DNA of 20,000 bases from an uncultured virus (IMG/VR IMGVR_UViG_3300042997_001870) (Duplodnaviria; Heunggongvirae; Uroviricota; Caudoviricetes), in IMG/VR virus record IMGVR_UViG_3300042997_001870; one strand, 5' to 3'. Numbering within the stretch: position 1 is the stretch's first letter; each line of letters opens with the position of its first letter. Below the pieces are notes generated by a model, which was not told the origin of the DNA, did no database searches, and saw only the letters and a list, made by a program, of their open reading frames with translations. Both the position numbers and the translations under genes were made by a program. Positions 8,801-18,420 of this stretch are shown here, piece by piece.

Positions 8801-11800
8801 TAACTAAGGTTGCATCATTTGAATAGCCAAAGTCTGATTCAATATAAAACCACTCGTGAGTCAGTTTTTCAGGAGTTGGTGAAGTATCTCTATGACTTGG
8901 CCCGAAGTTGTCCTTACCGAACATGATATCAGAGTTTAGACGATATGGGTTTTGCCTAGAGTCAGTTGAGTCAATTAGTCCCCATTTATTGATATATGGA
9001 ATAACTCGGCCATCACTTGCGAAATCAGGAATATAATTTTCCAAGTACACATGATACTCACTGGTTAAATTATTTGCTAGAAACTTTTCTCGATATGGAT
9101 AAGTCGCAATTCCTTTAGCAGCAGATGTGTGGTCGGCTTTTATAGAAAATGGGCCGATAAAATCAAGTGCATCAGAGGTTTCATCATAGTAAGGAACATC
9201 TAGCCTAGTAGTAGATGAATTTGGGAATTGATTACTCTTTATTAGTATAGCAGTTCCAATTGGTACTGTATAACTAGTTAAAGTTTGATCATTTTGCCAA
9301 ATAATTGTACCGTTTCCAGAATATTCAGTTTCATTTACAACAACCGTACCCGCTCCGACTATTTGATATGAGTAATTGGTAAAGTCAATAATTTTAGTAT
9401 TTTCTGGAATATAGAAATCTTTATATAGGTCAAGAGTTAAGGTTCTTGAGTAATCACTAGAGTATGTGGTAAAATTAAAGTCAGTTATTTCAAATAGTGA
9501 TAGAACGCCTACACTTGGTTTAAATAATTTACGAACTTCTATTTTATTATATACAACATTAACCGATTCATCATCATATAATTCAATTGTTGCATTATTA
9601 AAATAATTAGCAATTGCTAATTTGCGATCATCACTAGATAAGCCGTCTTTAATTAAATCAGCCGATTTACATATACGGCTAATCTTTGACCAATCTTTAT
9701 TTGTTCGTATTACAATATCATCAAGCATTGGAGTTAGCTTGGAAATATTACCGCTAGCTATAACAACATGCGGTTTATTTAAGAATCCTCCATCTGCATA
9801 CACAACAGTGGTTGTAGATACTCCGTTAATTTTTATTGAGAGTTTACTGCTTATCGGAATATACTTAACTTTAAGTTCTCCATAAGCATCTCCATATTCA
9901 TTAGTTTGAAGAAAAACCCGAGAATCCATTACTACTCCGCTTATTGAAGTGTCTCTAATGGAGTCGACTATATCGGAAATTGCTTGAGAAATTTGGGAAA
10001 GATCTCTATCTGAGTTAACATAAATAACTGATTCAGAACCAACGTACGATAACGAATATGCAACAGTTGATGCTAAATATCCTGAGGTAAAGACCAGTTC
10101 ATCAAATTTTCCATTTGAGTCAAGTGGATCTATTTTAGAACCAGTTGGATGGTATATGCGCAATGTATCTAAATGACTAGGATTACTAACTATTTCAAGA
10201 GCAACCGTTGATTTAGAGTCGGTTGTTGATAATGCGGCGGTTTCTTGCACAATTAATTCACTAGGCCCAAACGCTGTGCCTAGATCAAAACTAGTATCGT
10301 CTATTTTAAACTCAGCTAAAGTTCCAATTTGATTCCAATCATTAGAGTTGATTAAATGTAAGAACCCATTTTTTGTTTTAAGATACGGAAAGAATAGTGT
10401 ATCTTTACTAGTTCGATTAAGCGCAAGATCTGATAGATCTTGAGTTAAATTCATAGCCCTTAACTTAACTCCAGTTGAGTTAGTTAATGCAAACGATATA
10501 TCATCCGCTTGGCTGTATACTAGTGGTAGTATTTGGTCATTATCTAGTTGGATAATTGATAAATTAATTATTCCACCAGCTGATTGAGTTTCAAATGAAG
10601 AAAATTCTCCACCTATGTAAACATCTGCATTATTTATAGTAAGAGCATTTAAGTTAGCAGTACTATTAAAGCCAGTAGATGAATTAAATGTATAGTCAAT
10701 TTGTCCATCAGTTAATAACCTAACAATGCCTTTTGCTGGAACTCCGTTATAATTATCAAAATCTCCAAGAGCATACAGTAATCCGTTTATGTCAAGTCCT
10801 AATTTATTAATAGTTGAACCTGCGGCCTTTGAAATAAAAGTAGTATCTAAGGTACCGTCAACGTTTAATCTAGCAATTTTAGCTACTGATGTGCTATTAT
10901 ATACTCCAAAATTACCAGCAACGTAAATTCGACCTAATGGATCAATTATTGCGTCATTAACTGAGTTATTTGGAAAACCGGTTCCACTATTAAAACTAGT
11001 GTCAACTGTTCCATCTTCATTAATTTGAACAATTTCACTAGCTGTACCAGATACGTCATAGTAGTCAGTAAAGCTACCGATCGCTATAATCTTTCCAGCC
11101 GGAGTTAATAAAATCTTTTTAACCTTATCCGCAAGTCCAGTAAATCCAGAACCAATTGTAAAGGCTGAATCATATTCGCCAGTTATAGAAAGTCTAATTA
11201 GGCCAACTGCAGTTTCTGCTGGATTTGATTGATATGTGTATGTTGAAAATTTACCGCCAACGTACATTTTTTGATCATCGGTAAAAACGATTGATGCTAC
11301 TGACTGGTTAAATGATAGGTCAGTTGAGTTAATTGAACCATCGCTATTTAATTTGATAAATCTTAGGGCTGGAGAGCCATTATATTCTGTAAATTGGCCG
11401 CCAACATAAACTATTCCATCGGTATCTACTTCAATGGTAGAAACCTTTCCATTAAAGCCAGTTCCTTGAACAAAGCTGGTGTCAACTTTTCCATTTGGTT
11501 TAATCTTAACAATATTACCAACAGCATAACCGCCAACGGTTGATAAATTACCGCCAATGTAAATATTACCAGTAGATTCTTCAATTTTAATTACACTAGG
11601 TGAATTATTAAAATTAAGAGCAGCGAGTCCAGTAGTTAAGTCAATTGAATTACTTATGTTTAATTTAGAATCATACATTGACTGTATATCGATCTCAAAA
11701 GTTTCTAAATCAATATCATTACAATAAAAGCCAAAGTACCTATTGAATTCGTATGGATTTGACGTATCGTCATTGAATAAAAATTCTAAATTAAGTATTT

Positions 11801-12608
11801 TTGGATGAACTATATTATTTCTTTCAAATCCTTGAGTAACAAATTGCTCAACTTTAGTTAATGGTAAAGCTCTATTAAATACTGTGCTTAGCTGTTCAGG
11901 TAATTCAACATAGGTACCAGTTGTTATTGAGGCTCCTCGATACAATGAGTATCCGCCGGTTTTATAATTAACGTATAGCGGGTTACTATTGAACATTGGG
12001 TTCTTCTTAATATTTGATAAGTATGTTCCAATTTTAGACTCTGGACTCATATCAAATACTTTAACAATCGTTGCATTCTTAAATAAATCAGTTGCAAATT
12101 CATCAATTGTAATAGTTGCTGATTTAGATTTTCCTTCGCCGGCTGTGTAATTAGATGAACCTGGAACTTTAAATATTACAAATTTATTTGGAGTAGCGTC
12201 GTCTAGGTAAATTGGAGCAAAATACGAGAATTTTTCAGAGTATTGTCTACTAGTTAAGTACTTTGCACCACTTGTGTAAAGATCAAAATCATATTGGTCC
12301 TTTAGATCCTTAGCTACTGCTGACTTATTAATAGTTGAACCTATTTGATAGGCAGTAGTTGAAGGAGTCTTGCCATTATCATAGAATCGATAAATATTAA
12401 CTTCATGACTTGACCTTTCATTGATTGCAAATCTTTTGTATTTTTGATTTGCCAATAACTCATTTGCATCAATTGAATTAAACCACAATGATCCTTCTGA
12501 ATCTATTGTTAGTTTTAAGTTAGTTGTTAATTTCGGGTTAGTTCTTAATAACTGGAAACTAACATTTCTCTCTGCAAGACGAGTATATGCTAAATTAGTA
12601 TTTGCCAC
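5838..12608 (-). CDS. Very large virion structural protein (2256 aa; putative baseplate component) containing Delta-60 repeats
   Basis: Uninterrupted ORF with a GTG start 15 nt after the upstream stop, translationally coupled to the tail fibre gene. Contains an internal Delta-60 (DUF5122-like) repeat block. The baseplate role is inferred from context. Confidence 0.8.
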   Translation of the reverse strand: MANTNLAYTRLAERNVSFQLLRTNPKLTTNLKLTIDSEGSLWFNSIDANELLANQKYKRFAINERSSHEVNIYRFYDNGKTPSTTAYQIGSTINKSAVAKDLKDQYDFDLYTSGAKYLTSRQYSEKFSYFAPIYLDDATPNKFVIFKVPGSSNYTAGEGKSKSATITIDEFATDLFKNATIVKVFDMSPESKIGTYLSNIKKNPMFNSNPLYVNYKTGGYSLYRGASITTGTYVELPEQLSTVFNRALPLTKVEQFVTQGFERNNIVHPKILNLEFLFNDDTSNPYEFNRYFGFYCNDIDLETFEIDIQSMYDSKLNISNSIDLTTGLAALNFNNSPSVIKIEESTGNIYIGGNLSTVGGYAVGNIVKIKPNGKVDTSFVQGTGFNGKVSTIEVDTDGIVYVGGQFTEYNGSPALRFIKLNSDGSINSTDLSFNQSVASIVFTDDQKMYVGGKFSTYTYQSNPAETAVGLIRLSITGEYDSAFTIGSGFTGLADKVKKILLTPAGKIIAIGSFTDYYDVSGTASEIVQINEDGTVDTSFNSGTGFPNNSVNDAIIDPLGRIYVAGNFGVYNSTSVAKIARLNVDGTLDTTFISKAAGSTINKLGLDINGLLYALGDFDNYNGVPAKGIVRLLTDGQIDYTFNSSTGFNSTANLNALTINNADVYIGGEFSSFETQSAGGIINLSIIQLDNDQILPLVYSQADDISFALTNSTGVKLRAMNLTQDLSDLALNRTSKDTLFFPYLKTKNGFLHLINSNDWNQIGTLAEFKIDDTSFDLGTAFGPSELIVQETAALSTTDSKSTVALEIVSNPSHLDTLRIYHPTGSKIDPLDSNGKFDELVFTSGYLASTVAYSLSYVGSESVIYVNSDRDLSQISQAISDIVDSIRDTSISGVVMDSRVFLQTNEYGDAYGELKVKYIPISSKLSIKINGVSTTTVVYADGGFLNKPHVVIASGNISKLTPMLDDIVIRTNKDWSKISRICKSADLIKDGLSSDDRKLAIANYFNNATIELYDDESVNVVYNKIEVRKLFKPSVGVLSLFEITDFNFTTYSSDYSRTLTLDLYKDFYIPENTKIIDFTNYSYQIVGAGTVVVNETEYSGNGTIIWQNDQTLTSYTVPIGTAILIKSNQFPNSSTTRLDVPYYDETSDALDFIGPFSIKADHTSAAKGIATYPYREKFLANNLTSEYHVYLENYIPDFASDGRVIPYINKWGLIDSTDSRQNPYRLNSDIMFGKDNFGPSHRDTSPTPEKLTHEWFYIESDFGYSNDATLVRNNYSYFDQSLNISELTTSADYFETYFTYLPIVDGVQVGRPQYRYSSLNRNSFTNQYETLFKGSMFRFYELNSDGLTIANTQRFNDYKFSVIMKPIKEDPTTISKPINYRVIENVDSKSITVVIEVSLGYKAQLPDSIFIDGWSTQTFDMINQTTLFAGAFTAEPVTYQIDTTINSLTEGGYYGYINGASVINANIGDTVQITYNPSNPVAIASTIIATQGSPLYDAVMTGQISSGDKLGPYIYAQVDAGIPITLPTGTYQAVRIQANFEDTWTHNALTAGTGEISSDSGYYNMSTSSLLLNKYNSVGDNQSTFIQKFVTDEDIISVIYGINEESCQFGPDPGTLGLVIDTYQFDVSPISGAIVSLPSGDPVVVKARWVIPNPLDVYIPATTEFTVSHNTAYTDSMFGDYRIEFNHNEVSNITHSFLYFAKDKKYNNKQDAYSTIKLSRGVDLSPNGIYVNPSTTLTETIQTELLYGIGNSDVLADSEINRYISNDFAPIYVIKPGEKDILVQLQSISSTTLTSDLINPLLTSDGIDGAIQDKLNVTSSTSQLAVVTPITIGLSGSISYNYFAQAVPFGTTSNWTVNTNHFQIFGGKNYFDKVFENLSFAKFVQLLRAENQFITWETYSSGLKIPYQTTSIEIIQADEITKSTIVSLTPETVTSGQINQVAGFNYSEVPSQEYSINRYSAEYEVITNPIAGFKYNFSINGNDLSGANICLNPYIDNFFVIPDFEYVKYSKTSILDLENSQKYSSVYPYINETPIDRTNFNALSSSWDYGYHFEYSNKQEYTKVPGTRRVHEDYSFVSKLLNVPIQFTVEDFTSVLLSNAAFTKSQASEADIVYSRFGTEIRFKMNTYSLITKHLSNNGLRSEFEKFFKYSNGSAIITDQEFLGDLTLTEYLTAYSETNLIKLYQVDSFEFYELDDREILGNEVLFEQVGYDLLGDLGYDLIRSVRINNTKSKVIEGTILIKPNTGVKIVPKIKIKFI
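10560..11612 (-). repeat. Seven Delta-60 (DUF5122-like) repeats, predicted 7-bladed beta-propeller (aa ~333-683)
   Basis: Repeat cores: GNIYIGGNL..IVKIKPNGKVDTSF; GIVYVGGQF..FIKLNSDGSINST; QKMYVGGKF..LIRLSITGEYDSAF; GKIIAIGSF..IVQINEDGTVDTSF; GRIYVAGNF..IARLNVDGTLDTTF; GLLYALGDF..IVRLLTDGQIDYTF; ADVYIGGEF..IINL. Confidence 0.88.
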
Positions 12609-12623
12609 TGGTTAATTTATATT

Positions 12624-15600
12624 TTAAGCCGACGCGCTAATACCAGCAAGGTTAATCTCTAATTGACTAACTGGTGTTACAACGGCAGTTTCTTTTTCGT
12701 ATTGAGTTTTAACTAATACGTCAAATGAGAATACTGAATCGCTAGTATATAAGTCAAGACCTATTTTCTTAGCATATTTAATATTTTTTAAACCAGCAGG
12801 AGTAGCTGATCTCCAACCTCCAACGTATCCAATATAATCAGATGCTCTGAATTGGAAAATTAGAGGTATTTTGATTGCTGTCTCCACACCATATTCAAGA
12901 GAACGAGTTGACCCAGCTGGGCTAATTCCTTCAACTGAGATATTTTCATACGCAGATGGCGCCATATATAAGTATGCACCACACGTGTATTTACCAATTA
13001 AATACTGATCTTCAGGAATAAATCCTAATTTTACTGGGTATTGATTTTCTCTCATTGCTGATGATGCAGTACCTACAGTTACAGCAGTTGCTTGGTTAAA
13101 TGGTGCTTGTTGATAGTACTTATTACCAAACGCATTTGTTACTTCGGATTCAGCAATTTCAAAATTAATACCATGACTAAATGGTAAATATTTTTGTTTA
13201 GTATCAGATAATGAATATGCTGGCCTAGCTGTGGTGTAAGTTGTATTATCCCAAGCTTGATTAAATGCTCCACCTACTTTAATGAATGGATGGTTTTTAT
13301 CAATACAGAATTCACTTAATTTACCTCCACCTACTGGCGCAAGGTTTGCGTCAAGCGTACCATTCCAAACTGAGGTATTTGATGGGCTTGAATAGCCTGG
13401 GATTGTGGTTAATAGTGGGTTAAATGGTAGATAGTGACCATATACGTATGGTACAGTGGTTGCTCCAACTGTTCTACCATTATATTGGTAATTTCCAGAA
13501 GTTGCATTTGTATATGGTACATTGTCTGTACTATCTCCAAAATATAAACGGTCTGCTAAATTTACACTGTAATATCTAGAATTAATAAATTGACTTCTAA
13601 CTTGAGAAGATTGATAACTGTCCTTTTGCTTCCAATCTGAAATGGTTGAATCAATTTGATTATTAATAACAATTGGCGTTTTATCGTATCGTAAACCAGT
13701 ATGATAAATTACAGTTGGATTAGCAATTGCATCTGAGGTTGGAGCGGTTTGACCAACTCCTCCATTTAGGGTTGAAATTAATTGTAGAGCAGTTTGTGAA
13801 GTATTTTGAATCTGTACTAGATACTGAGTTGATATGATTTTACCGTGGTTGTATGCGATTGGCGTTACACTAGTATCTTTAATAAGATCCTTGTAGTATC
13901 CAGCAAACAATTCAACAGTTTGACCATTAGTTACAGTTTTAGTATTACCAGCTTGGTCAATGATAGTTACATTTAATTGACCCTTTCCAGTAGATAGGGA
14001 AGTTTGCACTGAGGTTAAGGTATCTGCAATGCTCTTTAATTTAGTATAAAGATCAACAACGTTTCCGTCAGTTGCAAAGAACCCACTAGCAATATCTTCA
14101 GCTTTATGGGCGAAATACTTATCACGAGTAGTGAACGAAGTTCCTAAGTGAATGTCTAATCCTTTTGAATTTAATTCGTCCTGGAAGTTGATTCTGGTCT
14201 CTTCAGCAAAGGCTTGTTGTGAAACGATTGTGGCATCCTCAGCAGTTTCAATATTTGCTGGGAATTCAACTAGAATACTGTCAGACCATGCCGATTCAAC
14301 TGGTGAATCTGGCCAACCTGCTTCAGATAAGCTCTTGATTCTGATTTCAACAACTTCTCCTCTTTTAATTGGAACGTCTAATTGGTTTGAGTTAACTTCA
14401 TTAGGGTCAGCAATGCTTTCGTTTGCCCATTCATAGAATCCAGTAGCGGTGTTGATAATCTTTGATCTAGACTTTGTTTTAAATTCAGTCCATGGAGAGA
14501 ATGCTCCACTTACTTTATTTCCATTAGCATCTATGAATTCAATTTGGTCGGCAGTTTTAGCAGTACCAGTTTTACTTAACGTACGATAAGCTATCTTAAA
14601 TTGAACTACTTGTTGAGTTCCATGTAGAGTAGTCTTAGATTCAGGAATTGACCAAAATCCTCTAACTCTATATGTTGGATTAGTTATGAAACTTGGAGTT
14701 GACTTAATTGATGTAGTAATATCTGAAACTAGACTTTGTTGAGATTTAGTTAAAGTTAATCTATTATCAGCAAAGGTTGCAAGATCCTTTTGTAATTTTA
14801 ATTTTTGAGATTCGTTTAGCGAAGCATTTGTATTTAAGTTTGCACGAGTCTCTGTAATTTGCTTGTCAATTTCTCTAATTTGAGAAACTGCTTGTTCTTT
14901 AGCAGAAATTTTTTGCTTGATAGCAAGAGTATTATCCTCATCTGTGATATGTTGGTCAATTTGAATAACCTTGAAGTTATCAGCAGATAAAGCTACAGTA
15001 TTTGGGGTAGAACCTAATGAAGATGGTAGCTTCTTTTCTTTTGCATAACTTAAGAAAAGTAAACCAAAATCTGAAACAAATTCTTGATAGAAATCAGTAA
15101 GAGTCATTTGCTTACCGTTATTCATTGTGATTGTTAATTCATTGGTTTGAATTGCAAATCCTTGAGAGAATTGATCGGTAGTAATTGCTAGTCTATCGCT
15201 AATTGGTCTTAAGAAAATGATATTTCTTTCATTGTATCCCAAGTTAAGTTGTACTAACGTAGATCTTTCTAATGCTGGTTTAATTCTAAGTTGAGCAGAT
15301 CCAACCGCTAGGCCATTTTCACCAAATACAAGTTTTAAAATAACAGTTTTTGCATTTGAGTCAATTGTATCAATGATGTATTCTGAATTGTCAGAACTAA
15401 TTAAACGATCGCCGCTAACTAGAGATTTTTCAACTGTGCCGCTGGTTGTTAGGCCTGAATACTTTAATGTGTTTAATTTATATTTACGAATAGCCTCAGT
15501 TAGGGTTTGACCTTCAACAATTACAGTTGAAGAACTTTCCAAAACGTCTAAAATATCAAAACTACCTCTAACTGTATTTTTAGCTGGTGATAAAGTTAAT

Positions 15601-16214
15601 TCTGAACCATCTTCGAAATAGTCAATTGCTCTATTTGCTAGATCAGCAGTAACCGTTGAATAGGCAAGATTGTTTTTACCTTTATATGTTGAATCAAAGT
15701 AATCTAATTCAGTTTGAGTAGCTGAAGTAATAATTAGTCTTCTAACTTCAAATCGGTTAATATCGGTGTCAGTAGTAATGGTTGAAGTATCGATATTTAT
15801 GTACAATAATGGATTTAAGAATGATTCAAAAAACCAGTTTGTCTTATAGTTAAAGCTATCAGGCACGGCAACTCCAGTGGAGCTAACATTTTCCAAATCA
15901 GCAATAACTGTTGAAATATCTTTTAGTTCAAATGTTTTTAAGGTACCGCTTGCGTCCTTTATTCCAAGTTGATTTGCATTGCCGCTAAGAAGATCAGTAA
16001 ACTTTTGATCAAGGTTTTGAACTTGAGTAGTGAGGTATCCAAATGACGGGATTTGGAAGTCCTTAGTTGAACCATCTTGTAAAGTTTGAGTAACTTTAAC
16101 GGTGTCTGATTTTGCGGATAACGATACTGAAAGTTTTAGTAAGAACTCCTGCATATTATTCACATCGACGCCTAATTCTGCTAAGTAATCCGATAGTGAT
16201 GAAGTGTCTGCCAT
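12624..16214 (-). CDS. Putative virion structural protein (1196 aa) with coiled coil and fibronectin-III-like domain
   Basis: Long ORF with ATG 5 nt after the upstream stop. A heptad-rich segment (~14700..14935) is followed by an FN3-like signature (GFWSIP...FKIAYR...VEIRIKSLSEAG...ESAWS, ~14260..14680). Confidence 0.8.
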   Translation of the reverse strand: MADTSSLSDYLAELGVDVNNMQEFLLKLSVSLSAKSDTVKVTQTLQDGSTKDFQIPSFGYLTTQVQNLDQKFTDLLSGNANQLGIKDASGTLKTFELKDISTVIADLENVSSTGVAVPDSFNYKTNWFFESFLNPLLYINIDTSTITTDTDINRFEVRRLIITSATQTELDYFDSTYKGKNNLAYSTVTADLANRAIDYFEDGSELTLSPAKNTVRGSFDILDVLESSSTVIVEGQTLTEAIRKYKLNTLKYSGLTTSGTVEKSLVSGDRLISSDNSEYIIDTIDSNAKTVILKLVFGENGLAVGSAQLRIKPALERSTLVQLNLGYNERNIIFLRPISDRLAITTDQFSQGFAIQTNELTITMNNGKQMTLTDFYQEFVSDFGLLFLSYAKEKKLPSSLGSTPNTVALSADNFKVIQIDQHITDEDNTLAIKQKISAKEQAVSQIREIDKQITETRANLNTNASLNESQKLKLQKDLATFADNRLTLTKSQQSLVSDITTSIKSTPSFITNPTYRVRGFWSIPESKTTLHGTQQVVQFKIAYRTLSKTGTAKTADQIEFIDANGNKVSGAFSPWTEFKTKSRSKIINTATGFYEWANESIADPNEVNSNQLDVPIKRGEVVEIRIKSLSEAGWPDSPVESAWSDSILVEFPANIETAEDATIVSQQAFAEETRINFQDELNSKGLDIHLGTSFTTRDKYFAHKAEDIASGFFATDGNVVDLYTKLKSIADTLTSVQTSLSTGKGQLNVTIIDQAGNTKTVTNGQTVELFAGYYKDLIKDTSVTPIAYNHGKIISTQYLVQIQNTSQTALQLISTLNGGVGQTAPTSDAIANPTVIYHTGLRYDKTPIVINNQIDSTISDWKQKDSYQSSQVRSQFINSRYYSVNLADRLYFGDSTDNVPYTNATSGNYQYNGRTVGATTVPYVYGHYLPFNPLLTTIPGYSSPSNTSVWNGTLDANLAPVGGGKLSEFCIDKNHPFIKVGGAFNQAWDNTTYTTARPAYSLSDTKQKYLPFSHGINFEIAESEVTNAFGNKYYQQAPFNQATAVTVGTASSAMRENQYPVKLGFIPEDQYLIGKYTCGAYLYMAPSAYENISVEGISPAGSTRSLEYGVETAIKIPLIFQFRASDYIGYVGGWRSATPAGLKNIKYAKKIGLDLYTSDSVFSFDVLVKTQYEKETAVVTPVSQLEINLAGISASA

Positions 16215-16219
16215 TTAGT

Positions 16220-18406
16220 TTATCTTATTATTTTATCGACAACGAACGTTAAAGTTTTAGAGTTTTTGCAAACAATATCAACTATAGGTTTTGCAGTTCT
16301 TCCATAATTAGTAGGAAAATCTGCGGCCGTTAGCTTAGCGAGTATTACGCTGTTTGCAAAAGCTGCATTTGTTATATTCTGTGAGTCGGTTTTTATTGTT
16401 ATTGAGTATGCTCCTGGAACAACTGGAGAATCAAACACTACTTTTAGGGCTTGACCACTTTTCCATGAGTTAACTGAGTCATCTACATAAATAGTAATAT
16501 CCCTAGTTAGGTTAAACGGTATTGGGCTACTTGAACTATTTAGTTTTAAATGACGAACTTGGGTTCCTCCTTCTCCTAACGAAACTGTTTTGGCTCCAGC
16601 TGTATTTACACTGAAATCAACTTCGCTTATTGTTGAGAAAGCTTGAACATTAGATTTGATTTTTAATTCATTAGCAACGGTCTTATCTAAACTAATACCG
16701 TAACCTTCTTTAAATAGGTCAGTTTGGTAAGTTAAGGCAATTGCGGTTTTATTCATTAATAAGTTATCAACTTTTGTATTTAATGAATCAATTAGGTCCA
16801 TCAGTGCAGTTGCTTCTGCAAAAGCTGAGGTTGAGGCAGCAACTGTTATTTCAAGTGCTGCAATTCTATTAGCTATGCTAGAGAGAGCAGTTGAATTTAA
16901 CATTGCATCCTTTGCTGCATTAACATCATCACCTAATTGTTGAAGTTCAAGAAGTTTATCATTGAATTTTGTTTGTAACAATCGGATTTGAGTTAATACA
17001 TCAGTAAATAAGTTTAATGAGAAGGTATTGTAATCATTTATTGATTTCTCAACTGCAACGTCCTCAATCGATGTATCGAATTTTAAGTTTACTTTAAAAG
17101 CAAATGAATTACCATTTGTTTTATTAATTGTGTCTGGCTTGTTTTTAGTGATCATTGGAATAATGAACTCACTTCCACTTTGTACTACTTGATTTAAGAA
17201 GTAAACGCCATATAGATTAGTTACGCTAACTGGTTCAATTCCAGCAACGGCGTTTACTGCTGGATCATATACATCATAGTAAACTAGAATTGCATTGAAT
17301 TCAAAATCTTCATTACCTACATTATCGTTTAACTGAGCAAATGATTTGATAGTTGGATCTTGTGAAGCAATTAAATAATCACTTAGGTTAAAATCAATTA
17401 CCATACCATCATGGGTAGATCTGATAAATTCAACGGTACGGGTTCCGAAACCGTCTGTGTATTCTTTTGCAATACGTTGTTTCTTTGGATTAGATACGGT
17501 AACTCCGTATGGTGTTCCAAAATAGTCGGCTTGGTCAGTATAGTATGAATTATTAACAGATGATGCTCCCCACCAGAAACCGGTAGCACTTGGAGTAACT
17601 GATAAAACATCAGAAATGTATGAAGTTGCAAGGTTTGCATCAAGGTCGTAAAATGCACGTAAGCTCATGCCTAATGCATCTAATGGATGTAGGTCATTGT
17701 AGTGTCTACCATTTAGGTATTCAGCGTCAAGTGGATCGCCTGGAGTATTTACTATCACCATCCCAGGTCCGTAGTTTTCGTCCGGCTTAGAATTAAATAG
17801 AACAGTTGGAGATGTACCAACATTAGTTGGAACGTGTATGTAAAGTTCGCTGTATGAGTTATCTTTGCTACGAACTGAATTCACAACATCAATTTCACCA
17901 ATATACTTAACTACTCGGTCGTATGTGGTTTGACTTGGATCATACCAGTCTTCAGCCCAACGTTTTTCTCCTACTGGTAGAGTTTGGATAACTTCAGCAG
18001 TATCCGCGTCTCTCCATCTTACTGCTCCTAATTCTTTTAACCATTTCCAGAAAATTCTCTCTGAAACGTTTAATTTTTTCTCTCTATTATATGAAGACTG
18101 CGAAATTAATAAACTTTCAAAGTTTAGAGCGTAGTTCTGAAAACTTTGAGCTAGATTAATATTTTGGTCTACCGGTAGAGGATTTAGAATTGGAGTTTCA
18201 CCTTGCGCTAAAAACTGCATCTTATTATCCTTTTCCATAGTGGAAGGAATTCCGATTTCAGGGATTCTTAATAACGCAAACTTTGAAAACCTAAATTTAT
18301 TTGTATTATTGTTAAAGGTTAAGCTTAAGTCTTCAATCGCGCTCTGAAAGGAATAGAACATTCCTTTTTGAGTTTGTATTGGTTTTATTAAAGGTGCAAC
18401 TGCCAT
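16220..18406 (-). CDS. Putative virion structural protein (728 aa) with coiled coil and C-terminal beta domain
   Basis: Long ORF in the operon with a predicted coiled coil at ~16755..17010 (LTQIRLLQTKFNDKLLELQQL...IDSLNTKVDNLL) and a beta-rich C-terminus. Confidence 0.8.
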   Translation of the reverse strand: MAVAPLIKPIQTQKGMFYSFQSAIEDLSLTFNNNTNKFRFSKFALLRIPEIGIPSTMEKDNKMQFLAQGETPILNPLPVDQNINLAQSFQNYALNFESLLISQSSYNREKKLNVSERIFWKWLKELGAVRWRDADTAEVIQTLPVGEKRWAEDWYDPSQTTYDRVVKYIGEIDVVNSVRSKDNSYSELYIHVPTNVGTSPTVLFNSKPDENYGPGMVIVNTPGDPLDAEYLNGRHYNDLHPLDALGMSLRAFYDLDANLATSYISDVLSVTPSATGFWWGASSVNNSYYTDQADYFGTPYGVTVSNPKKQRIAKEYTDGFGTRTVEFIRSTHDGMVIDFNLSDYLIASQDPTIKSFAQLNDNVGNEDFEFNAILVYYDVYDPAVNAVAGIEPVSVTNLYGVYFLNQVVQSGSEFIIPMITKNKPDTINKTNGNSFAFKVNLKFDTSIEDVAVEKSINDYNTFSLNLFTDVLTQIRLLQTKFNDKLLELQQLGDDVNAAKDAMLNSTALSSIANRIAALEITVAASTSAFAEATALMDLIDSLNTKVDNLLMNKTAIALTYQTDLFKEGYGISLDKTVANELKIKSNVQAFSTISEVDFSVNTAGAKTVSLGEGGTQVRHLKLNSSSSPIPFNLTRDITIYVDDSVNSWKSGQALKVVFDSPVVPGAYSITIKTDSQNITNAAFANSVILAKLTAADFPTNYGRTAKPIVDIVCKNSKTLTFVVDKIIR

Positions 18407-18420
18407 AGTGTTTGATTAAA

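Noticed and set aside
9622..9885. 87 aa plus-strand ORF
   Set aside because: Antisense shadow of the 2256 aa gene.
10630..10638. Exact T4-type TATAAATAA on the minus strand
   Set aside because: Lies deep inside a CDS with no nearby start; chance hits are expected in AT-rich DNA.
14152..14436. 94 aa plus-strand ORF
   Set aside because: Antisense shadow of the 1196 aa gene; the Ser-rich composition is typical of reverse-frame reads.
17398..17658. 86 aa alternative-frame ORF
   Set aside because: Nested out of frame in the 728 aa gene; L/H/Q-rich composition is typical of frame artefacts.
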